A stretch of DNA of 45,099 bases from an uncultured archaeon (GTDB lineage Archaea; Altiarchaeota; Altiarchaeia; JAFGQM01), in assembly GCA_964391885.1 (NCBI GenBank), contig CAYMNU010000068.1, positions 1-45,099 of the forward strand. The letters run 5' to 3'. The notes under the pieces are model-generated. The model was not told where the DNA came from, did not search any database, and saw only the letters and a list, made by a program, of their open reading frames with translations. A program made the translations under genes and the position numbers. Of the stretch, positions 37,251 to 45,099 are shown one piece after another (the stretch's first letter is position 1; the number at the start of each line of letters is the position of its first letter).

Positions 37251-38339
37251 ATGCCTGCTAAGTGGAAATTCAAGGAAGTCGAAGAGCTGACGAAGCTTGT
37301 AAAGGAAAGCCCTGTGGTGGCCATAGCCAACATAACGGGACTTCCATCAAAGCAGATGCAGCAGATTCGTGCGAAGCTCCACGGCCAATTGATTATGAAG
37401 GTAGTCAAGAACAGGCTGGCTGCTATGGCTTTCGAAAAGGCGGGTGTAAAGGGTATAAAAGACCTGGAGTCAAAAATAGACGGCCCGACTGCACTCATCT
37501 TTTCAAAAGAGAACCCATTCAAGCTTTACCAGCAGTTTAAGTCTAGCAGGGCAAAGGCTCCTGCAAAGGGCGGGCAGACTGCGCCGCACGATATAGTAGT
37601 CCCCGCAGGGGATACTCCCTTTAAGCCCGGCCCGATAATCGGGGACCTTCAGGCAGTGGGCATAAAGGCTAAGATACAGGGCCCCATAATTGCAGTAATA
37701 CAAGATTCTCCCGTCATCAAAGAGGGTGAGAAGTTCTCTGCACAGCTTGCCAGTGTTTTGGCACAGTTGGAAATATTGCCAATGGAGATTGGCGTAAATG
37801 TAATTGCAGTTTTAGAGGATGGTATAGTTTATGGCTCGGATGTTCTTGATGTAAGCGTCGAAGACACGATCGCAAACATTGCAAAGGCTCACCAGAGTGC
37901 TGTGAACCTAGCGGTTGAAACAGGCTACCCGACGAAGGAGACTATCGAGATAATGATAGCTAAAGCGGCCAGAAGCGCCAGGAACTTGGCTATTGAGGCT
38001 GAGATTTACAATAAGGGTACTGTAGATTACTTCCTTTCAAAGGGCGATCGCGAGGCAAAGAGCCTTGCCTCGGAGGCCGGTTACGTCCCCGGAGCGAAGC
38101 CAGTCGAGGAAAAGAAAGAAAAGACAGAAGCTGAAGCTCCTGCCGCAGAGGAAAAAAAGGACGAAGCACCTTCTGTAGACAAATCCGCTGACCAAGAATC
38201 CAAAGAGGGCGAGGCTCTTGCAGACGATGCACATGCCGAGCAGGAGGAAAACGCAGAGGAGAAGCTGATAGAAGAGGCAGACCCACTCGTTGATGCGCCG
38301 AAAGAAGAGCCCAAGGCCGACGCCAAGGAATCAAGTTAA
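37251..38339 (+). CDS. rpl10: 50S ribosomal protein uL10 (P0)
   Basis: QMQQIRAKL, NPFKL, PAGDTPFKPGP, three stalk-binding helices. Confidence 0.95.
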   Translation: MPAKWKFKEVEELTKLVKESPVVAIANITGLPSKQMQQIRAKLHGQLIMKVVKNRLAAMAFEKAGVKGIKDLESKIDGPTALIFSKENPFKLYQQFKSSRAKAPAKGGQTAPHDIVVPAGDTPFKPGPIIGDLQAVGIKAKIQGPIIAVIQDSPVIKEGEKFSAQLASVLAQLEILPMEIGVNVIAVLEDGIVYGSDVLDVSVEDTIANIAKAHQSAVNLAVETGYPTKETIEIMIAKAARSARNLAIEAEIYNKGTVDYFLSKGDREAKSLASEAGYVPGAKPVEEKKEKTEAEAPAAEEKKDEAPSVDKSADQESKEGEALADDAHAEQEENAEEKLIEEADPLVDAPKEEPKADAKESS

Positions 38340-38378
38340 AAGGTAATTTTACCTTCAATTTAAAACAAAACAATAAAA

Positions 38379-38690
38379 ATGGAATACGTATATGGAGCGT
38401 TGCTCCTACATTCTGCGGGCCAGAAGGTCGACGAGGCATCCATGAAAAAGGTTATGGAGGCTTCAGGTGCGAAGGTCGACGACGCCAAGGTCAAAGCGCT
38501 AGTCGCGAGCCTTGACGGCGTCAACATCGAGGAAGCTATCGCAAAGTCCGCAGCTGTCGCTGTTGCAGCACCTGCTGCAGCACCAGCAGCCGCCGAGGCT
38601 GCGCCAGCTGCCGATGATAAGCCTTCCGAGGCAGACCAGGCAAAAGCAGAAGAGGAAGCAGCCGAAGGATTAGGCGCACTTTTCGGATAA
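38379..38690 (+). CDS. rpl12: 50S ribosomal protein P1 (aL12)
   Basis: MEYVYGALLLH, Ala-rich hinge, EEAAEGLGALFG. Confidence 0.97.
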   Translation: MEYVYGALLLHSAGQKVDEASMKKVMEASGAKVDDAKVKALVASLDGVNIEEAIAKSAAVAVAAPAAAPAAAEAAPAADDKPSEADQAKAEEEAAEGLGALFG

Positions 38691-38692
38691 AT

Positions 38693-38724
38693 GAGAACAC
38701 GAAGCTCTTCGGAGCTTCGTTCTC
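38693..38724 (+). terminator. cUUCGg-capped hairpin after rpl12
   Basis: GAGAA..CGAAGCTC-TTCG-GAGCTTCG-TTCTC. Confidence 0.7.
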
Positions 38725-38784
38725 TAACTTATTCTTATTAGCTTAGCTTGGGGTTTATCCTTTGTTACTATTCTCCTAGGATTT

Positions 38785-39003
38785 TTAATTCCTAAATCTA
38801 GCCATAAACTCATTATAATCAATATCCAATTGCTTTAGTATTGACTTTACAAGTTTACCGGAGAGCTCTTCATAATATGGTATCACCGTCATCCCATTTG
38901 GTGAAGAATAGAGTGCATGCGAACCCTTGCCTTCCCTAATGTACTTTACGAAGAACTCTTTAAGCAACAGGGAGACGAACCTTCTTCGCTTAATGGGTTT
39001 CAT
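38785..39003 (-). CDS. hicA: HicA-family toxin
   Basis: REGKGSH, TVIPYYEELSGKLVKSILKQL; ATGA overlap with hicB. Confidence 0.88.
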   Translation of the reverse strand: MKPIKRRRFVSLLLKEFFVKYIREGKGSHALYSSPNGMTVIPYYEELSGKLVKSILKQLDIDYNEFMARFRN

Positions 39004-39200
39004 GCGGCTACTTCAAGAACTAACTTAGATTTCTTGGACTGGTATTTCTCTTCGAGAACCAATTCAAGGGCTTCCTTGATGTTCTTAATACACTCATCAA
39101 TTGTTTTGCCCTGGCTGATTGCTTCGGGATGCTCAGTGCACTGGACTACCAACCAATCGCTGTCCGGATCCTTCTCTATGCTTATGTGATAATCATCCAT
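39000..39200 (-). CDS. hicB: HicB-family antitoxin (short, no DNA-binding domain)
   Basis: WLVVQCTEHPEAISQGKTIDECIKNIKEALEL. Confidence 0.9.
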   Translation of the reverse strand: MDDYHISIEKDPDSDWLVVQCTEHPEAISQGKTIDECIKNIKEALELVLEEKYQSKKSKLVLEVAA

Positions 39201-39258
39201 CGTTAGTATTGAACGTTAAGGGAGAAAAACTTTTCTTTCCAATAATTCAACTTAGCCT

Positions 39259-39363
39259 ATGCACGGAAGATTCAAAGGCAAGGTCTCCATCAAAGACCTT
39301 GACGACTTTGTGGCAGAGAACAAGGAAGCCTGGGATGGCAGGCTCATTCGCGGGCTTAAGTGA
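39259..39363 (+). pseudogene. Possible VapB-type antitoxin remnant or micropeptide
   Basis: MHGRFKGKVSIKDLDDFVAENKEAWDGRLIRGLK*; resembles the C-terminus IFGTFK...EEREAW of the 2990 antitoxin. Confidence 0.35.
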
Positions 39364-39409
39364 TTTTTATTAGCCTAAGCTTTAATCTAACGCATAAAGC
39401 TTATCCAAA

Positions 39410-39802
39410 ATGAAAAACGAACTTCAGCCCCCGGTAAATCCCTTCCAGAGCAAGGAGTTTATGGTGCGCGCCGAGAAGGCCCAGCCGCTGATGACCCTCG
39501 AGTACCTCAATTCCTGGGGCAACGAGTTCATGTTCATCTTCCTGCTGATGGCGTCCGCCTTCCTGCTGCTAATGGTAAACCAGTTCTCATCATCGATGCC
39601 GGAGACGGTGCCCACGATATTGGGCATAGACGTCCCGTCCTACTGGGGCACGACCGTGCCGATATTCATCCTGATAGTAGTGGCCATAGGACTTGCGATA
39701 TACTATAACATGAGGAGGAGGTATATCGAGAGTATGATGTACTTCTTCTACCAGAAGATGGCCGAGAACGAGCTGGCCGAGAAGCATGAGAAGAAAAAAT
39801 AA
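39410..39802 (+). CDS. Two-TM hypothetical membrane protein
   Basis: Two clear hydrophobic helices; strong G/C-ending codon bias. Confidence 0.75.
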   Translation: MKNELQPPVNPFQSKEFMVRAEKAQPLMTLEYLNSWGNEFMFIFLLMASAFLLLMVNQFSSSMPETVPTILGIDVPSYWGTTVPIFILIVVAIGLAIYYNMRRRYIESMMYFFYQKMAENELAEKHEKKK

Positions 39803-39862
39803 CTCTCACGCCTGTCCGGGTTTTTAGCATGGTCGGCACATTAGCTGGCTTTAGACCGAGGG

Positions 39863-42181
39863 ATGGGAAACCCTTTTAAGATGCCACGCCCACAGAAGGG
39901 GGATGAGGGTAAAGTTGCCCCCAGCACAGGCACAGACTTATTTAGGGAAAGGCTCTACGGCGAGCTCACCACCCCCGAGGCTGCTGCAGAGGCCCTCAAG
40001 GAGAAGCAGTCCAAGCAGAAGAAAGGGGGTTTCTTTGGACACGAGAATTTTTACTTCTGGCTTTATTCTTTCACGCAGAAGCATTTCGTGAAGAAGAAGA
40101 AAGAAGGGTTTGTGACTCCCGAGGAAGAGGACAAAGGGAAAAAGAAAAAGAAGAAAAAACCCATAATCTCAAAGGGGCACCAAGAGGCGATTGACTTCAT
40201 GGGCTGGGAAGTAGACCCCAGAGTAATAGCTTCCGTGCCTCTCGCTGCGGGGGTTCTGGGTCTAGTCATAGGCCTTTTGATTGCAGGCATTGGCGCTTTC
40301 TTTGTATTGACTCCCCCTGCGGTTGCTGAACCATTCTGCGGGGATGGCATATGCCAAGAACTAGCAGGAGAGACTAGGACTAATTGTCCGGAAGACTGTG
40401 TAGAGCGGGGCAGTAGGTCCGTAGTCTATGACAAATCTGCCCCCGGCGTGAACCCCATTTTTCTCATAATATTAATGACAGTCCCGCTTATCCTTTTCGT
40501 ATTGATGTTCTTCTATGCATTGAAATACCCGATAAACGCCGCCGAATCCGAGAAGATGCGTGCGTTGACATACGTCCCTGAGATAATGAATTACCTCATC
40601 ATGAAGATGAGGCTGCAGCCTAATTTGGAAACAGCAGTCGAGTTCGCGTCAGAGCACGGCGAAGGCAGAATCGCCGAGGAGTTCCGTGAGCTCCTTTGGA
40701 GGACCAAGATCGGCCAGTTCAGCAGCGTTGAAGAGGGCCTTGATGACATGGCTTACAGGTGGGAGCCGTACAGCGAAGACTTCAAGCATGCGATAACCCT
40801 CATACGCGCATCAGTTCTCATACCTAACGACGCCGAGCGAAACGCCCTATATGACAAGACACTCGACGACCTTTTGGGCTCCACAAAAGAAAAGATGGAG
40901 AAGTATGCCCGCTCTATGAAGCAGCCGTCCATGTATCTATTCTACATAGCAATACTCCTCCCATTGATGATGCTTATTATGTTGCCTGTCGCGGCTGCAT
41001 TCGCAAAACAGGCCATCGCGACAAAGGAAGTCCTGATACTGCTTTATGTCATAGCCTTCCCAATGGCAACCTACCTCTATGCCCGCAGCATATTAGGAAA
41101 GCGCCCGGGTGGATATGTCCCACCCCTGATTTCAGACGATCATCCCGAATTACCTAAAAAAGGTACGACCTTCGTAGCCGGAATGAAGCTCCCCGTAGTC
41201 CCGATAGCCATATTCTTATTGGTGGCAATAATAGTGGGTGGTTATTTCCTCGAAGAGTCGATACAGTACTCTGAACAGTACTTAAGTGATCAAAAGGAGA
41301 TATATGGAAGGGATCTGGAACAGCCGGTTTTGATGCAATTTTACATACCTCTTGCAATTGCTGGCTCGGTAGGGTTCTACCTTTATGGCAGGTCGGTGGA
41401 TAAGAAAAGGATACAAGACAAGATAATCCGCATGGAGGATGATTTCAAGGATTCGATGTATCTCATGGCCAGCCGCCTGGGAGAGAAAAAGCCTCTTGAA
41501 GACTGTCTGGGTTATGTGAGGAGATTCATGCCGGAAAGCAAGGTTGCCACGGAACTCTTTGAAAACATACAGCGCAACATCATGGTTTTAGGCCTTACCT
41601 TGCGAACAGCCATTTTTGATCCGGTCTATGGTGCAATGCGAAATACACCCTCCCGGCTCATGAACAGCGCATTCAAGATAATGGTGGATTCTATAGAGCT
41701 GGGCCCGGAGGTGGCATCTTACTCCCTAATGGCGGTTTCAGAGCAGATAAGAAACGTCCAGAAAATTAACGATTTAATGAGGAAACTTCTTGACGAGGTC
41801 ACAAGCATGATGAGCTCGATGGCGACTTTCATCGGCCCGGTTATACTGGGTATGATTGCGTCCCTTCAGGAAGTTATCGTCGGCGTGGTACCGGAATCGT
41901 CAGAGTCTGGAGCATCCTCCTCTATGGGGGGTTTTCTTGGCGGGGGCTCTGAGCAGGTGAGCATAAAAGAACTCATGGCAAGCACACTGGAATTCCAGTT
42001 CATTATCGCCATATATATATTCTTACTGGCTATAATCCTGTCGTATTTCACAGGAAAAGTAAAGTACGGCAACGACCGGAACGCAATATTCCTTCTCATG
42101 GGCAAGACTCTGCCCGTTGCAGTGATTGTCTTCTCATTCGCAATACTCGCCGGCCAGATGCTGATGGGCGGCTTGAAATAG
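39863..42181 (+). CDS. Type IV pilus/T2SS-F platform protein (TadC/ArlJ-like, two cytoplasmic domains)
   Basis: PEIMNYL..PNLETAV..GRIAEEF and FKDSMYLMASRLGEKKPLE domains flanked by TM helices; directly upstream of prepilins. Confidence 0.8.
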   Translation: MGNPFKMPRPQKGDEGKVAPSTGTDLFRERLYGELTTPEAAAEALKEKQSKQKKGGFFGHENFYFWLYSFTQKHFVKKKKEGFVTPEEEDKGKKKKKKKPIISKGHQEAIDFMGWEVDPRVIASVPLAAGVLGLVIGLLIAGIGAFFVLTPPAVAEPFCGDGICQELAGETRTNCPEDCVERGSRSVVYDKSAPGVNPIFLIILMTVPLILFVLMFFYALKYPINAAESEKMRALTYVPEIMNYLIMKMRLQPNLETAVEFASEHGEGRIAEEFRELLWRTKIGQFSSVEEGLDDMAYRWEPYSEDFKHAITLIRASVLIPNDAERNALYDKTLDDLLGSTKEKMEKYARSMKQPSMYLFYIAILLPLMMLIMLPVAAAFAKQAIATKEVLILLYVIAFPMATYLYARSILGKRPGGYVPPLISDDHPELPKKGTTFVAGMKLPVVPIAIFLLVAIIVGGYFLEESIQYSEQYLSDQKEIYGRDLEQPVLMQFYIPLAIAGSVGFYLYGRSVDKKRIQDKIIRMEDDFKDSMYLMASRLGEKKPLEDCLGYVRRFMPESKVATELFENIQRNIMVLGLTLRTAIFDPVYGAMRNTPSRLMNSAFKIMVDSIELGPEVASYSLMAVSEQIRNVQKINDLMRKLLDEVTSMMSSMATFIGPVILGMIASLQEVIVGVVPESSESGASSSMGGFLGGGSEQVSIKELMASTLEFQFIIAIYIFLLAIILSYFTGKVKYGNDRNAIFLLMGKTLPVAVIVFSFAILAGQMLMGGLK

Positions 42182-42274
42182 TTACCCTTCATTGATATGG
42201 GTATTATGAGCAAATTCCGTGTTTTTATAAACGTAGGCATTAAATAAAACAATTAACCCTACACGGGAGTAAAA

Positions 42275-42736
42275 ATGAACCCAATCGGAAAAAAAGGACA
42301 AAGCGACACATTTAAGCTGCTTATAGCCGCAGTTGTCGCCATGGCGATATTAGCTATTGTGACTGCAATTCTGACGCAGATAGACGTTGGAGCATTCGAC
42401 TGTGTGGACAGCCCCCTCAATGAGCTGACTACCCAGATAACGCAAGCTAAAACAGGCATAGAGCGTATGACTGCAAAGCTCTGCCTGAAAGAGGGAGAAG
42501 GCTTTGGTGCCGAGACCCTGCAGGGCAGGATAGCCGGGATAAACACGATAACCTTCCAATGTATGCCCAATGCAGCAGTATGTAGCTCGGGCGGCCCTCT
42601 TAGTGTGGAGTCTGGCTTCTTGAGGGCTACGAGCGACAAGGCACAGTTTGCCGCACTTATAAATTGCATCAAAGCAGGCGGCGGCACAGGTGACTTTGAC
42701 TGCACTATACAAATAAGAAGCCCGCTGGAGAACTAA
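42275..42736 (+). CDS. Class III signal-peptide pilin, probable major pilin
   Basis: KKG|QSDTFKLLIAAVVAMAILAIV; 6 Cys; own TATA box (TTTTTATAAA about 42222) and a 3' hairpin. Confidence 0.8.
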   Translation: MNPIGKKGQSDTFKLLIAAVVAMAILAIVTAILTQIDVGAFDCVDSPLNELTTQITQAKTGIERMTAKLCLKEGEGFGAETLQGRIAGINTITFQCMPNAAVCSSGGPLSVESGFLRATSDKAQFAALINCIKAGGGTGDFDCTIQIRSPLEN

Positions 42737-42740
42737 GCAC

Positions 42741-42756
42741 GCGCCCGCAAGGGCGT
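42741..42756 (+). terminator. GNRA-capped hairpin after the first pilin
   Basis: CGCCC-GCAA-GGGCG followed by TTT. Confidence 0.6.
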
Positions 42757-42765
42757 TTCATTATT

Positions 42766-42996
42766 ATGGAAAACAAGAAGGGGCAGGGGGAAAGCCTGAT
42801 AAAGCTTTTGGTTGTGGCGATAATAGCAATCATTGCCATTGCCCTAGCCAAAAGCTACTTCAGGGAATCCGCGAGGGTCACGCAAAGGACTGTAGAGGAG
42901 GTGTTCAATCCCGCGGGTGCGATGATAAGTGATGCTTGGCTACAGCCCTTTGCCAAGTCCTTGACTACTTCTACTTTCACCCAAGATGAGACCTAA
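42766..42996 (+). CDS. Short class III signal-peptide pilin-like protein
   Basis: KKG|QGESLIKLLVVAIIAIIAIALA. Confidence 0.75.
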   Translation: MENKKGQGESLIKLLVVAIIAIIAIALAKSYFRESARVTQRTVEEVFNPAGAMISDAWLQPFAKSLTTSTFTQDET

Positions 42997-43516
42997 GGGG
43001 TCGCTGGGAGGCCCCTTCCAGCTTCTTATAAACGTGGTCGTGCTCGGAATGGCGATGACCATAGGCTTCTATCTTTTCGACAATGTGCAGTGCTGGAAGT
43101 GCAACACCCTTTTGGATACCGAACTCACGAACCTTAGGGAGAGTATTGCAAGCGTCGGCAAGGGTGATGTAAACAGCCAAAAGCATTATATGGTTAAGAT
43201 GGAAGAGCTTGGCAATTGTGCCAAAGCCATATACATAAGAAAAATAAGCACGGATGATGGCCTTAGCTGCAGGTCCATATGTCCCAACCATCCCAATAAT
43301 TGCTGGGTCATGTACTCTGAGCGCCTCTGCGGAGAAACCGTGTCCCCCTTTGTGTGTATAGACATAAGCGGCGATATGAACATTGTAACAGATATTTTAC
43401 CCCCTGTCTCTGATGATACTGGTATGGTGCTTCAAGACCAATGGTACATAGGTTCGTCTACTCCCCTCTCGATAATTAAGACCGGTGTCGATACAATAAA
43501 ACTAGACAGAATATGA
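42986..43516 (+). CDS. Cys-rich minor pilin-like protein
   Basis: RPKG|SLGGPFQLLINVVVLGMAMTIGF; 8 Cys. Confidence 0.72.
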   Translation: MRPKGSLGGPFQLLINVVVLGMAMTIGFYLFDNVQCWKCNTLLDTELTNLRESIASVGKGDVNSQKHYMVKMEELGNCAKAIYIRKISTDDGLSCRSICPNHPNNCWVMYSERLCGETVSPFVCIDISGDMNIVTDILPPVSDDTGMVLQDQWYIGSSTPLSIIKTGVDTIKLDRI

Positions 43517-44085
43517 CCCGAATCATTAAAAATAAAAAGGGCATATATGAGTATCTTCTCACCAAGGTAGTTATGCTCGCCTTTATCATGGCCCTAGTGT
43601 CCGTATTCCAGGTGATGCTCAGCGACGCGCAACAGAGCAGCGCGCGCGAAATCGTACAGGCAGAAGCGACTCGGATTTCCAAACAGATAGACGATGCAAT
43701 AGGCTTTAAGGGCGTCAGTAATACAATAACTATTCATTTGAAAAGGGGTCTACAAATAGGGCGCGATTATGTCTCATATGAATTCAAGATAACCGATGAA
43801 GGCATAGTGGTATTGGATGTGCTGGATTACCCGTATCGCGGAAGTAGTGGAATCGCCAAGTTTGGCATAGGGCTTAGCCGCATCCGGGGCCAGCCACATA
43901 TAAGTTGCACCACCAACCAGGTCGACTCGGGCGTATCGCTCAAAATAGACAAAGAAAGCAGCTACAGATACGATCCCCACACAGAAAAACTTTATTTAGA
44001 TGTAAATGTAAAAATAGATGCAAGCGACTATTGCCATGATTTTATGGAATTTGAGCAGAGTTTCTGCGAATCGGGATGCGACTAA
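43513..44085 (+). CDS. Minor pilin-like protein
   Basis: KKG|IYEYLLTKVVMLAFIMALVSVF; 4 Cys. Confidence 0.75.
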   Translation: MTRIIKNKKGIYEYLLTKVVMLAFIMALVSVFQVMLSDAQQSSAREIVQAEATRISKQIDDAIGFKGVSNTITIHLKRGLQIGRDYVSYEFKITDEGIVVLDVLDYPYRGSSGIAKFGIGLSRIRGQPHISCTTNQVDSGVSLKIDKESSYRYDPHTEKLYLDVNVKIDASDYCHDFMEFEQSFCESGCD

Positions 44086-44570
44086 AGAATAAGAAGGGAC
44101 AGGGGAGCTTTCTGAGCGGTGATTTACCATCGATAATGATGATAGTGGTCAGCATAGGATTTTTCCTATCCTCTGTTTATATGGCAAATAGCCAGTTTAA
44201 CTCAAGCAAGGATGAGCTGAATATGAAAGCCGCCCTTGTAGACGCTTCATCCATCTTCCTCAAGGAAAACGCGAAGATAAGGCCTTCTGACATAAGCCCG
44301 CGTTCTGAATTTTGGTCTCTGCAGATGGCTAAGCTGGAAAACACATATGGTGTTCAGATACATGCGAAGATTCGAGCCTTCGACGGACCAAGCTGTATTG
44401 ATGCTTGCGACGACAAGAACAATCCCAATTGCTGCGCTTCCGGCGACCTGCCGCCGGACGGTTCTGACATCCTCTCAAAAAGGTTCCCGGTAGCCCTCAG
44501 GAGCGAGGGCAGTGATCTCGAGGTTTACCCCGCTTTAGTGAAAGTTACTGTTTACACACCTTTAAGATGA
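44076..44570 (+). CDS. Minor pilin-like protein
   Basis: KKG|QGSFLSGDLPSIMMIVVSIGFFL; 4 Cys. Confidence 0.75.
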   Translation: MRLKNKKGQGSFLSGDLPSIMMIVVSIGFFLSSVYMANSQFNSSKDELNMKAALVDASSIFLKENAKIRPSDISPRSEFWSLQMAKLENTYGVQIHAKIRAFDGPSCIDACDDKNNPNCCASGDLPPDGSDILSKRFPVALRSEGSDLEVYPALVKVTVYTPLR

Positions 44571-45099
44571 TTGCCATAGGGCGAAAAGGCCAGACGGAAA
44601 TAGTCGACGGGCTCATACTGCTGATGATAGCGGCCGTGTGTTCTGTAGTCCTGCTGAGCATATCTTCCGACTACGGTCGCCTACCTTCCGAGATATACGA
44701 AGAGAACTATGCACACAAACTCTCGCAAAACACCCTTCTCTCACTTTACCACATAACCTACCTTGACGACCCATCCTCCTCCTTCTACAGAAAGTCCATC
44801 ATGGTTGCAGTCTCCAATGAGCTTTCTAGTAAAACTCATCCTGAGAACACCAAATTGCAGCAAACAGGCAACGAGGCCGGCGGCATGATAGAAGATTTGC
44901 TCGACCTATATTACTCTGAGCTGGGCTGGCATTTCATGTTTGCATTGATGCAAGATAATAATATAATCGACGATTCAGTGATTTCCAGTGACAATGACGT
45001 AATTAGTGATTCGACCTTCCGGCAGAAGGCCGGCAACCCTTACTGCTCCAGCGCAGCGCTGACTTACACAAACACCGGTGAATGTAAACCGGGCGGATC
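44567..45099 (+). CDS. Minor pilin-like protein, truncated by the window edge
   Basis: MIAIGRKG|QTEIVDGLILLMIAAVCSVVLL; ATGA overlap with the previous gene; frame open to the end. Not in the ORF track. Confidence 0.78.
   Translation, partial: MIAIGRKGQTEIVDGLILLMIAAVCSVVLLSISSDYGRLPSEIYEENYAHKLSQNTLLSLYHITYLDDPSSSFYRKSIMVAVSNELSSKTHPENTKLQQTGNEAGGMIEDLLDLYYSELGWHFMFALMQDNNIIDDSVISSDNDVISDSTFRQKAGNPYCSSAALTYTNTGECKPGG

Overview
Archaeal chromosomal segment. Evidence: ftsZ1-secE-spt5-uL11-uL1-P0-P1 cluster, Nob1, archaeal-type PheS/PheT, split MetE and class III signal-peptide pilins. A DPANN-like lineage (for example Diapherotrites/Micrarchaeota) is suggested by the pilin and orphan-gene style, but this is inference only. 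The window is mostly housekeeping and anabolic genes (metE pair, thyX, tyrA, pheA, pmm, rnhA, P-type ATPase, citG, HhH-GPD glycosylase, eno, pyrF, purC). It also has three toxin-antitoxin loci (a convergent, frameshifted hicA/hicB; abrB-vapC; hicB-hicA), several microproteins missed by the ORF track, and the start of a type IV pilus locus (large TadC/ArlJ-like platform plus at least six Cys-containing or short prepilins). The main candidate for a new system is the minus-strand cluster at about 17.4-25.5 kb: AbrB-ACT regulator, hisS, hisG, hisD*, orphan, hisB*, HAD phosphatase, hisC*, and an OCD/AlaDH-family enzyme. HisS and HisG look canonical, whereas HisD, HisB and HisC each carry substitutions at normally conserved metal or substrate ligands. 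This suggests either a repurposed His-like pathway or an uncharacterised variant of late histidine biosynthesis. No tRNA, rRNA, CRISPR array, transposase or integrase was recognised. All calls come from manual motif reading; no database search was run.
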